DNA of 39,883 nt from Trichomonas gallinae (Eukaryota), in the NCBI GenBank assembly GCA_008369845.1, contig MRSU01001119.1:1-39883 (forward strand). The letters are read 5' to 3'. Below the pieces are notes generated by a model, which worked only from the letters and a program-made list of their open reading frames with translations, did not search any database and was not told the origin of the DNA. The position numbers were made by a program, and so were the translations under genes. This document shows, in pieces, positions 1-10,157 of this stretch (within the stretch, counting starts at the first letter, position 1; every line of letters starts with the position of its first letter).

Positions 1-1800
1 CATAAACAAATTTGAAAGCACTCAGAAAGTTGTTCTAAGGCTATTCAATTGTACCTTGGCTATTGTGCCCTCGGTATAAAATTTATTAGCTATATGTGCT
101 ATAAATATATTATATTTTTTTTCTCAAAATTAATCCCTGTTTTGTTTAATATCGCTGTCAGAGGATTTTTTTCATTAGCAAATCTCTCGTTACATCGATA
201 TTTAATATATAATAAACTGGAAACGGTTATTTTATTTTTTTGATAAAAATATCGCTTATTGGTTTGCATTAAAATGAAGATAAAGTTTTATTACAATTAT
301 TTCTGAATGCGCACCGTGCTTTTTGAATTAATTTGATAATGTTATCAAATTCTCACAAATTGACCAATTGTCTTTTCCAACTAGTACTTATTATATATTA
401 ATCTATAAACACCAAATTTACAATCAATGATATTTTTTAAAGTTCCAAAAATTTCAAAAATTTATTAAAAAATTGATTTCAGAACATTTTCACCAAAATA
501 TATAATTTATGGCCTTCATACGGAGTTATAGTCTTGTTGCTGCAATTAAATTTTTAACTTAGTTTTATTGAAGTTCAATATTCCGAATTTTGGATTTAAT
601 TAATTAAATAAATCAATATTATACACGATATGCAGCCTATATTTCCGCAAAAAAGTTCCTATTATCAATAGCCGTATTGGAATCGTAGATCAAATGCAAA
701 ACAGGCTGCGAGACATGATAAGTCAACTATTTTCAGCCTATTTCATGAATATTCTTAGAGAAGCAATCAAGATATGAACTTTGAGAGAATTTTACGTTTG
801 ACAAAAGGATTTTCTTTATGATCAATTTCGTGCTCATTTTATTCATATCAATCTGTGGAATTTAATTTGATTGTAAAACGTTCCAGAAGTGAAATTTTCA
901 AAATATTTTTGGCCATGGATTTCTGCATGCAGTATTTCTGATGCTTAGTATGATACATCAAGTCGCATCGGCATCAGATACACATTCAAAGTTTGAAATT
1001 GAATGAAATTTTTGTGTAGAACGCTGATAGCGGCAAAAAACAGATTCAAAAAAACGACTTTTGCTAAATCATAAAATCATTCATACAATGAATAGATTTA
1101 TTGGTGCTTTAGTTATTTTTCAAATCAAAAATACCACAATCCACTAATAATTTCGAGAACCAATTAATTTCTTTCGTTTTTTGAACCAAATCTAGTTGAT
1201 ATGCTCATTTTTGTGGAAGATAAAGATTTTCATAAATAGCAAATACTCCAATTCAATAATATATATTTCTGTTGATTTTAAATATTTGCTTTTTGAATTA
1301 AATGTAACTGATATTTTAATTTGTGCAGTATATAAAGCATATTTCGAGCTACCAGGAAGCAATTTCTTTAATATTTTTTTGAAGTAATTTAAATTTTTGA
1401 GTAGTCCAATGCAGATCAAATTATTTTATACATTCAATAGAGTATAAACTTAATATAATTGTTACAGGTCACAGTTCGCAAAATATCTTTTGTTGTTTCT
1501 ATGATGTGTTTTTCAGACTAAATCCCATTATATTATGAATTTAATAAAGATTGAAAGCGTGATACAATTGGAAAAATTGATTAAACTCAACTTTTTTGAA
1601 ACAATAATTATATAAACAAAATCGACTCATATTTTTAATATTGTAACAAGGTGGTGGATCTATATTCATTGGCAGACAAATAAAACCATGGATTAACGAT
1701 CTTTTAGGTTTTTCTTTTTGAGGACTTGTTTGGTCACTTTTAAGATATTTTATAAGAGACTTCATCCAATAAATATATTTTATTACCCACATCTGTTATT
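1..1800 (-). pseudogene. Possible highly decayed ankyrin/DUF3447-type gene remnant
   Basis: Minus-strand fragments resemble ankyrin motifs: IIKLI-(frameshift)-KHGA at ~305-340, NERFANEKNPLTAI at ~150-195, and LPGSSKYAL at ~1330-1360 (compare ITKDTPKYAV in the 18661 gene). Many stops and frameshifts; limits are uncertain. Confidence 0.3.
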
Positions 1801-2185
1801 TTTTTTTATTGTAACATAAATTGACAGACAAAATTTGACATAGTTAAACATAGATAAATTATGTATTATATTAAATGACGATTAATCTTAGTTTTGAATA
1901 AATTTTTGAATGTCTCGATCTGACGACCATTTATCTTTATTCTTGATAATTTTGATTAATATATGATGTTAATTGTATTATGTTATTTATGCAACGTTAG
2001 AAATTTTTGCAAATATTAAATATTTGGTTATTATATGTCATATTTTTATATCATAATTTGTCAGACATAGAAATAAGTACGTTTTTCTCAAAATTGAAAG
2101 CAATCAATTAAAACCCGAAAGTTGCTCTACTATTATAGACAAATAACATTGTAAAAATTTTATTTTTTTCTTCCTAAAATAAAAA

Positions 2186-5100
2186 ATGAGGTCTAAAACA
2201 ATGCCACCATTATCTTTAACTCCAGCTTATAACTCAGACTTCCACCAGCTTGATGTGTCAGTCATGGATCGTGAGTTATACTCATTCCCTTTTGATAATA
2301 CAACTATTGGACAAGTAATTCTAGATTTAATGGAGTTTAAGGGCATTGACAACTATGTGGCACTTGTTGATAACTCACCGAAAACAAATATGATACCAAT
2401 TTACGTTTCTTCTCCGGTAACAGAAATTTTGAATCTGATAAAAGACAACGATCAGTTCCCAACGACTCCACTATCAAATAAATTGCAGCCAAATAGAAAT
2501 GTATCGACAAGAAAACAGCGTTTTACGATTTATATTGTTTCAATTCCAGATTACCAAAATTTATTGGAGATTCAGTCCTTAAATTTAACAACAAAGAGTA
2601 TTCTTAAACGTGCCAAGCGACATAAAATCAATATTTTATTACCAAATCACTCAGTTATTAAATATAATTTAGACCCATCACGAACATTTAAAGAAATCAA
2701 CGACAATATATTTCAGAAGCTATGCAAAATCTACGGCTCAAATAACATTGCTAAACCTGACCATTTTGTTCTAAGAATCGCTGATTCAAAATTCGAATAT
2801 AAAAGTAGCGAAGAAACGTTTCAAGAGTGCCCAGAAATGGTGGCGGCGCTTGAGAAACAGGTTAGAAACCCAGAATTTATCATATTTAGCTTATATATGA
2901 CTTGCAATCCGAATAATTTCCTCGAAACGATTGTAAATGACGCAAAAGAGCTTGATCTCTCTTTGCCGCAACTCTCTCTTGAAACACAAAGTCTCTACGC
3001 CTCAATGTCTAAGAATCGTCACATTGTTGAATCCGAGAGAAATAATAAAATTTCAAATAACCCGTTATTAGCGAGAATGCGTATTTCACAGACAGATCCG
3101 CCACTTTATACATGCACCAAGACCAATGTCGCCATTAAATGCGAGCTTAGAGCAGGAATAACGGAAGCAACAGTTACAGGTGCTTCAATTCAAGTTTCTT
3201 ATCTTGTATCAGCGGATCAAGCAATCCAGCAGCTCATATCTAGAATAGAAAATCACTCGAAAATCAATATAGGTAAAGATGCATCAGAATTTGTTTTATT
3301 AGTTACAGGAACAGACGAAGTCATCGCAGGAGAATACAATTTAGTCGAATTCATGTCCGTAAGACAGTTCCTTGTATCAAATCAGCCTGTTATGAATGTA
3401 ACTCTCGCGTTAAAATCTCAAATCATCGATTCAATCAAAAATAAAGAACTTGCAGCTACGCCAATGGAAGAACCAGATGAGTCTGATTTCGTTCCAAGTA
3501 TTACAGCTACGTCTCAAGGATCACTTTGTATTTCAAATCTTAAATTAACAACGCCAATGTCGATTATGATACGTAGCTTCAAGCATTTTCCGGCGAGTGT
3601 CAAAAATGTAGGTGTCACAGTTGCTATTATCAACGGAACACAGACGATTTGCGATCCAGTGACTTTACCAGTGCAAAAAGGCGGCTCTAAACACATTCTT
3701 ATCAACCAGTCAGTATCGTTCTCAGCAACACCGCGTGTTTTACCAAGATCTGCTAGATTATCAATTTCTGTTTTTGATTATGATCAGAGAAAGAAATATT
3801 TGAAAAAGCCAAAGAAAAAGAAAGCTAATGGTAACATTGCCAGCATGAATTTCCCGCTGTTTACACATGACGGTTGGCTAAATCAAGGTTCAATGAAGAG
3901 AAAAATGTGGCCAAAGCATTATTTGGACTTCTTCCTTACAACATCACAGTCCAATGAATCTGGATCAGTTGTTTGTAACTTCGATCTTCCAATTTACAGA
4001 TTCCCAGTATTTCATCAAGTTCCAGAAGTTCGTCCTCCATCAAACAGAGTTTCACTGCATCTTAAAATCGAAGAAATTAAGCGTCTTGGTCAGCTAGAAA
4101 ACCTCGACGTCCTTCAAACTTTGAGCGCAGAAGATAAAACTCTTATTTGGAACAACAGAGCGAAGTACTTGAGTGACACACAGATGCTTCCTTTAGTTCT
4201 ACAGTCATTAGATTACACTAGTCCACTTCAAGTTGCCGAAATTCCTTATATTCTAAAAGAATGGGCTCCAATTTCATCAACAGAAGCATTATCGTTGTTA
4301 GATCCGAAATTCGCTGACTTAGACGTCAGAAAATACGCTGTATCAAGGCTAGAAAATCTAAACGACAACGAACTCATGCTCTACATGCTGCAGCTCGTCC
4401 AGGCTCTTAAATTTGAGCTCTATGACGACTCTCCTTTAGCACACTTCTTATTAAGACGCGGACTTGCTGAGCCGAAGTTCTTGGGACACCAGTTGTTCTG
4501 GCAGCTGATATCTGAGGCCCACATTTCTCAGATCAGACAGAGATTCTCGGCTGTTTTAGTCAACTTCATTTACGGAATCGGAAGCTACAGGAAGGAGCTG
4601 AAAACAGGCTACAGATTCACACAGAAGCTCGTCGAACTCAATCAGGATTTGTGCAAGTTATCACACATCGAAGCGACTGAGCAGTTCAAGATCAAGCTGA
4701 AAGACGTAGAAATTCCAGACGAATTCCATCTGCCCATGGACCCAAGATTAGTTGTCGACTCATTCATTTTAGAAGACTGCAAAGTCATGAACTCCAAGAA
4801 GAAGCCTTTCTGGCTCACATTCCACAACGCAGCTCCTTTCTCGACAGAGCCAGTCAAAACGATGTTCAAAGTCGGCGACGACTTAAGACAAGACCAGTTG
4901 ACTTTACAGATCATGAAAGTCATGGAGCATCTCTGGCGCCAGAACCAGGTGGATTTGAGAATGAACTGCTATGGTGTCTTGCCAACTGGCTTCAACCAAG
5001 GATTCATCGAAGTTGTTCCAAACTCAATAACAGAGCAAGTCCTGCAGCAGGAAGGAGGAAGATGGACTGGCGTTTTCAAGACGAACACTATGAAAGATTT

Positions 5101-5644
5101 CTTGGAGAAAAACAACTCATCTCAAATCAATTTAAACATCGCAAAAGAAAACTTCTTGCTGTCGTCTGCAGGCTACGCTGTTTCTTCATGCGTAATTGGT
5201 CTAGCCGACAGACATCCAGGCAATATCATGGTCCAGAGAGACGGACACTTTTTCCACATCGATTTTGGACACTTTTTAGGTAACTTCAAGAAGAAGCTCG
5301 GATATCAAAGGGAAGACGCGCCATTCCACTTCTCGCCTGCTTGCGCTGAGGCACTGGGTGGTGTCGGCAGCGAACAATATAAGAGATTCGAGGAAACTTG
5401 TGCGAATGCTTATAATATTTTGAGAAATAACGCGAATTTGCTCATGAGCATGATGCTACTGATGTTGGGAACAGGAATCCCAGAGCTGCAGAAGCCGGAA
5501 GACATTACTTATATGAAGAACATGTTGAACTTGTCTCTTTCTCAAGAAGATGCTGCGGCAATATTCAGGAAATATATTCAGATGTCTCTTGATTCTACAA
5601 AGACAACAGTCAATAACTGGATTCACAATCTTGTTGTAAGTTGA
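2186..5644 (+). CDS. Phosphatidylinositol 3-kinase catalytic subunit, class I-like (Ras-binding, C2, helical PIK and kinase domains)
   Basis: 1152-aa ORF with MNSKKKPFWL, FKVGDDLRQDQLTLQI, GLADRHPGNIMV and HIDFGHFLG; helical-domain YMLQLVQALKFE and GHQLFWQL; C-terminal NNWIHNL. Confidence 0.95.
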   Translation: MRSKTMPPLSLTPAYNSDFHQLDVSVMDRELYSFPFDNTTIGQVILDLMEFKGIDNYVALVDNSPKTNMIPIYVSSPVTEILNLIKDNDQFPTTPLSNKLQPNRNVSTRKQRFTIYIVSIPDYQNLLEIQSLNLTTKSILKRAKRHKINILLPNHSVIKYNLDPSRTFKEINDNIFQKLCKIYGSNNIAKPDHFVLRIADSKFEYKSSEETFQECPEMVAALEKQVRNPEFIIFSLYMTCNPNNFLETIVNDAKELDLSLPQLSLETQSLYASMSKNRHIVESERNNKISNNPLLARMRISQTDPPLYTCTKTNVAIKCELRAGITEATVTGASIQVSYLVSADQAIQQLISRIENHSKINIGKDASEFVLLVTGTDEVIAGEYNLVEFMSVRQFLVSNQPVMNVTLALKSQIIDSIKNKELAATPMEEPDESDFVPSITATSQGSLCISNLKLTTPMSIMIRSFKHFPASVKNVGVTVAIINGTQTICDPVTLPVQKGGSKHILINQSVSFSATPRVLPRSARLSISVFDYDQRKKYLKKPKKKKANGNIASMNFPLFTHDGWLNQGSMKRKMWPKHYLDFFLTTSQSNESGSVVCNFDLPIYRFPVFHQVPEVRPPSNRVSLHLKIEEIKRLGQLENLDVLQTLSAEDKTLIWNNRAKYLSDTQMLPLVLQSLDYTSPLQVAEIPYILKEWAPISSTEALSLLDPKFADLDVRKYAVSRLENLNDNELMLYMLQLVQALKFELYDDSPLAHFLLRRGLAEPKFLGHQLFWQLISEAHISQIRQRFSAVLVNFIYGIGSYRKELKTGYRFTQKLVELNQDLCKLSHIEATEQFKIKLKDVEIPDEFHLPMDPRLVVDSFILEDCKVMNSKKKPFWLTFHNAAPFSTEPVKTMFKVGDDLRQDQLTLQIMKVMEHLWRQNQVDLRMNCYGVLPTGFNQGFIEVVPNSITEQVLQQEGGRWTGVFKTNTMKDFLEKNNSSQINLNIAKENFLLSSAGYAVSSCVIGLADRHPGNIMVQRDGHFFHIDFGHFLGNFKKKLGYQREDAPFHFSPACAEALGGVGSEQYKRFEETCANAYNILRNNANLLMSMMLLMLGTGIPELQKPEDITYMKNMLNLSLSQEDAAAIFRKYIQMSLDSTKTTVNNWIHNLVVS

Positions 5645-6136
5645 TCATTGTAAATATTGAAATTAATATTATTTATTTAAATACACTTTTTTATATAATA
5701 ATTAGTCAAGGTAATTCAATAAATGGCTTAAATATTATCAAATATGAAATAATTTTGTAATATTTTATAAAAATTTTATATTTCTAAAACTATCATATGT
5801 CATTAAATATTTAATATATTTGATGATAGTATAAGAAAATTCTATTATATATTAGTCATAATAACGATAAAAATGTAAATCAATTGAAATATCGAAAATC
5901 AAATGTGTGATTTATAAAAAAATAACTAATAAAATCAAATATAATGGATAAATGGTAAATTAATTTACATGTTAGAAAGCTTAAAATGCGAATTAATTTC
6001 AAAAATCAAATTTTCCAAAAGATTTCGGTAAATTGCTAAATAAATTATGCTTATTTAATGATGTAGTATAAGAATATGATGTTATTTTGATCTAAAATGA
6101 ATAACCTTATTATTCCGATCATATGTAAAACGAAAA

Positions 6137-6988
6137 ATGCGAATTTTTCGGAATGTGAAGATTAAAATTCCATTCTTGAAGTTCCTGGCTGCTTTTGCAC
6201 CGAAGCTTGTTTCATTAATCGTTGACATTTTGATCGTTTTCATGCCTGCAATTGGATATATCGATCAATGCAGAATAATTATTTCTACACGATCATCGGC
6301 TAAATTTAAGCCAGAAACATCATTAGTTACGATCACATCCAATCTACTGAGGGTTATCTTTAGATTTGGTGTGAAATTTGATAATAGTTTATTATTTCAA
6401 GCGATATGCATGGCATTAACACACATAGTTCTCATGTACTTATCTTTTAGATACTCATCACCGGGCCAACAAGACAAATCTCACAGTAATTTTAGAAGAC
6501 ATATTCGATTCATCACTTTTACACACGCAGAGAACTTTTTCCAGTTTATCTTGTCCACAATCTTCATGTTTTCTATCATTACTTTAGTCTGCTTCAAAAT
6601 GACTGAATATTTTCCAAAAAAGAGCGTTTTCAACGTTGTTGGCATAATATCCAATATTATAGAGAGTTTTATACCTTTCCCTCAGTTTATTTTGATTGTC
6701 GTCAAGTGTCAAATTCAATATATCACAGATATGTTAATTGTTCAATATATTCTTGCTGCAGCATTCAAGGCCTCGATTTACATGATTAGAAACGTTTCCT
6801 GGGTCTTTAAGCTTGGTTCTTTGATTCAATGTTTATTTACTGCAATTATCACGATTTGCTACGTAAGACTAAGACTGCAAAACAGACATCGCAGATTAAG
6901 TCTTGATACAGAAGCAGAAATCGAAAATCTCCATCAATCTCAAAATCACGATAATGACACAGAAGCATTCTTCCCAACAGTTGCCTGA
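6137..6988 (+). CDS. PQ-loop repeat membrane protein (PQLC1/Any1-like)
   Basis: 283-aa hydrophobic ORF with about 6-7 TM segments; PAIGYIDQ, SNLLRVIFRFG-x-FD-x-LLFQA and IESFIPFPQF match the PQLC1 pattern. Confidence 0.75.
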   Translation: MRIFRNVKIKIPFLKFLAAFAPKLVSLIVDILIVFMPAIGYIDQCRIIISTRSSAKFKPETSLVTITSNLLRVIFRFGVKFDNSLLFQAICMALTHIVLMYLSFRYSSPGQQDKSHSNFRRHIRFITFTHAENFFQFILSTIFMFSIITLVCFKMTEYFPKKSVFNVVGIISNIIESFIPFPQFILIVVKCQIQYITDMLIVQYILAAAFKASIYMIRNVSWVFKLGSLIQCLFTAIITICYVRLRLQNRHRRLSLDTEAEIENLHQSQNHDNDTEAFFPTVA

Positions 6989-7477
6989 AACCATAGTTGT
7001 TTATGTATATTTATAAATTCACTTTTCTATCATAATACTTAAATTATCTCATTATTTTTATTAATGCTGCAAATATATTGCGAAACAGCATATAAATCAC
7101 ATTCAATTACCGATATAGCACAATTTACGAATCCAAATTTGATTATTTTCCTATATGTTTCAATTTTTAATTTGATTAATGTAATATGCGAAAGAGATTA
7201 TATATATTTATATTTTATGCTGATATATTGATAAAACTAAATTTATTTCTTGTGATTTTATGTTTATATTTCATGAATTTTATTATATCATTTTTATGTT
7301 TTTTAAAGGTTAAATTAATATATAATTACCTTTTTCTAATCTAAATTTATGAGATTTTTTGCGTTGTGAATATATTATTTAATTTTTGTGATATATTTCA
7401 AATTTGTGATGAGTATTTATAAAACAAAATAGCTTGTATATAATTTACAAAGAAATAAACAAATAAACAAATAAAAA

Positions 7478-8794
7478 TCAAAATGATGAAGATGAATCTG
7501 ATGACGATGCATATAAATCGATTCCTGTTGTCGTCAAAACGAAGAATCTTACATCAGCGAGCATCTTAACAAGGAAGTCAGCGTTCTTGGACTCAAGGAA
7601 CATCTCTCGCGTTAAGTAGCCTTCGTGGAACTTCAAAGTATCCATAATTTCTGGTAGATTAAGTTTTATCGGGATTTGGTCGTTTTTAATTGCCTCGCGA
7701 GCTTCGACTACGCAGCCTTTTATGAAGAAGTCGATGTCCTCTTGCCCAATACGGCCGTCAGCATCGTAGTCTAGCGCGTCGTAGACGAAGGAATTCGCCC
7801 AAACAGCTCCGAGATTTTCCCAAGCTGCTCTGAAGCGTACGAACCACGGAAAGTCGGGCTCACTGTGCGTGCAGCTTCCAATTAGGGCCTCTGCGAACGT
7901 GTGCGTGAGATGTGTCGTTGATAAATGCGTTAAATCTTCTGATGATAAAATTCCGTCTGAATCTGAGTCTATTTCGTGGAATTCTGATATGATGAAGTTT
8001 GCTGAGCTGAGTGAGAATATGTTGTTGCGATCGAAATTGCAATCTTCGTCATCTGGATCTAAACTGATAAAATAATATAAAAATGGTGATGTTACTAAGC
8101 TTTTGAGTGGCGCAATTCCAGTCTTGAGGTAGTCAATCGATGAAAAAACAAAGCTGAAAACGATTGTGATGTATTGGTCAAGAAAATGTTCATTTGTTTC
8201 CATTTGTAACTTTACGAAGGCCATTTCACTTGCAAACTGCCTTAGATACTTAAGAAACGCTTTATCGCTGATGGTTCCAGTCCTAAATGGATCATATGTG
8301 CGTAACTCGAGAAAATGCGAAGCTGCTCGCGGCAAGAAGTATAAAAAGTCGAAGAATTTGTCATAGAACATCGTATTAGGTGCATTTCCCCCTATTGCTA
8401 AGAATAATTTCGTGTTTAGAATTTTTTGTAGATTTTCCGGCCATTTCATTCGCAATTGCTGATATTGCATGTATCGCATTGTGCGATTTTCGCGTTTTAC
8501 TCCAAGAACAGGGAGTCCAGAAGGCGAAAGGACCATTTGCTCGAATTCATCTCTGAGATTGTTAACGTCTTCCTGCCTCGGAATTCTATTAAGAACGTTA
8601 GATAGGCCCTCTTCTGTGCACATTTCGTTAAAATAATTCGTATAATCGTGTGCTTTTACTCTGTACGATGTAAAAAATCTCGGAATTTGCTCGTTATCCT
8701 TGTTTTCTTTCGTCAGTTTTGTGTACTCTTCGAGAACTTGCTTGTGACCAGTTCGCATAAGAATTCTAGCCAATTCTTCCGAACTTGTTAACAT
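7478..8794 (-). CDS. Divergent PP2A B''-type regulatory subunit / EF-hand protein
   Basis: 438 aa; EF-hand-like loops YDPFRTGTISD, IDSDSDGILSSEDL and LDYDADGRIGQEDI; NIFSLSSA-x-F just before the EF hand, as in B'' subunits. Confidence 0.7.
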   Translation of the reverse strand: MLTSSEELARILMRTGHKQVLEEYTKLTKENKDNEQIPRFFTSYRVKAHDYTNYFNEMCTEEGLSNVLNRIPRQEDVNNLRDEFEQMVLSPSGLPVLGVKRENRTMRYMQYQQLRMKWPENLQKILNTKLFLAIGGNAPNTMFYDKFFDFLYFLPRAASHFLELRTYDPFRTGTISDKAFLKYLRQFASEMAFVKLQMETNEHFLDQYITIVFSFVFSSIDYLKTGIAPLKSLVTSPFLYYFISLDPDDEDCNFDRNNIFSLSSANFIISEFHEIDSDSDGILSSEDLTHLSTTHLTHTFAEALIGSCTHSEPDFPWFVRFRAAWENLGAVWANSFVYDALDYDADGRIGQEDIDFFIKGCVVEAREAIKNDQIPIKLNLPEIMDTLKFHEGYLTREMFLESKNADFLVKMLADVRFFVLTTTGIDLYASSSDSSSSF

Positions 8795-9218
8795 TTATTC
8801 AAAAAATTAAAATATTTGACATTTGTCACTTTACAAAATATTTTTTGATATTTTACAAACAAATATTATTATTTCTATAATTTTATAGCTAATTACTGCA
8901 TTTATCATATAAAATAGATCTTAAAAACATATTGTAGACTTGCTTAAACATAATAATTAGGTTAGAAAACATTATTTATAAATTTCAAATTCAATATTAT
9001 ATTTTATCTTATAGAAGTCATCTGCTTATTAAAAGACTCCTCTCTTAATTGCCGTTGAGATTGAGTCACTTGATATCGTCGAGATATCTTTGTGGATACT
9101 ATAAATGGTGATGATATTATCTTTATATATTGATATAATGATACAATAGGGTTTATAGTCATCACCGTTTTTATTGGAATCATCATGACTTTATTCGAAT
9201 AAAGTGAATTTGGAATAA

Positions 9219-9315
9219 TGCACCTTAAAATTTTCTAAAAAGTGACGATGACAAATATATAATTTACAAGTCAAAATATTTTGTGCACTTTAAAATTTTC
9301 TAAAAAGTGACAATG
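9219..9315 (+). repeat. 32-bp direct repeat of the core promoter and ATG of the Rrp15 gene
   Basis: 9219-9250 TGCACCTTAAAATTTTCTAAAAAGTGACGATG vs 9284-9315 TGCACTTTAAAATTTTCTAAAAAGTGACAATG (2 mismatches, 65-bp period). Each copy carries AAAGTGAC. Confidence 0.85.
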
Positions 9316-9771
9316 TCTTCAGACGAAGAAGAACAAATTACAGAGGAAGAATTAACATCTTCTGATGAGGACGAACCAACAGACAGATCATTTGGCGAGA
9401 ATTACGCTGCGTTGCTGAAGGAAGAAATCCCAGAAGGCCAATGTCCTATTCTATTTTTATCAAAAATTCCGGCGAAAATCAAAGCTGAGCGCGAAAAACA
9501 ACTTCAACAGACAAGAGAAGCACAAAGATACTCTCAAGGACTTAAAGCAATGCTAGATCAATTCCATACAGGCTACGAAGCATACAACGAGGAAGATGAG
9601 TATAAACTTAGAAAGAAGGCCACCAAGGGCGTTATAGAGTTATTCAAATCAGTGTCACAAGCGCAAAGCAAGAAACCTGCTGTAGAAACTCCAGCACAGG
9701 ATGATACACCTAACGATGCAGATGAATATTTGAATATTCTCAGCATGGCAGCTGCTAAGCCAACAAAATAG
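9313..9771 (+). CDS. RRP15: Rrp15-like ribosome biogenesis protein
   Basis: Acidic N-terminus, PILFLSK and EYKLRKKATKGVIELFKSVSQAQ match the Rrp15 signature. The true ATG is at 9313; the track start at 9307 is GTG. Confidence 0.8.
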   Translation: MSSDEEEQITEEELTSSDEDEPTDRSFGENYAALLKEEIPEGQCPILFLSKIPAKIKAEREKQLQQTREAQRYSQGLKAMLDQFHTGYEAYNEEDEYKLRKKATKGVIELFKSVSQAQSKKPAVETPAQDDTPNDADEYLNILSMAAAKPTK

Positions 9772-10157
9772 AATAAATTTTATTATTAGATTATATTTTA
9801 TAAAAAGTTATCCATTAACATCATTGTTATTTTCATTTTTCACATCATATATACTCCAATTTCTCAATTTACGCCTTGAACAAAGTTATTTAATCTCTCA
9901 TCTTTCAAATAATATTAGAGTCATCAACAATGGACTCATCCAAAGAATTTCTTTCTCTATTTGTAACATGTTCTCTAAATTGGTTAACTCATAAAGTCTT
10001 ATTTTTTTTTTATTTTGATTGGAATTTGTGAAGAGTTCATTCTGATGCGTTGGAATATTAACATCTAATAAATATATGTATTTAGTAAACTAAAAATAAT
10101 AATAAAACTAATATATAAAATTAATCACACTCTAAATTCAAAAAAATACTAAAAAAA

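Noticed and set aside
9004..9186. Small 60-aa ORF between the PP2A B''-like and RRP15 genes
   Set aside because: No recognisable motif or coding bias; possibly decayed sequence.
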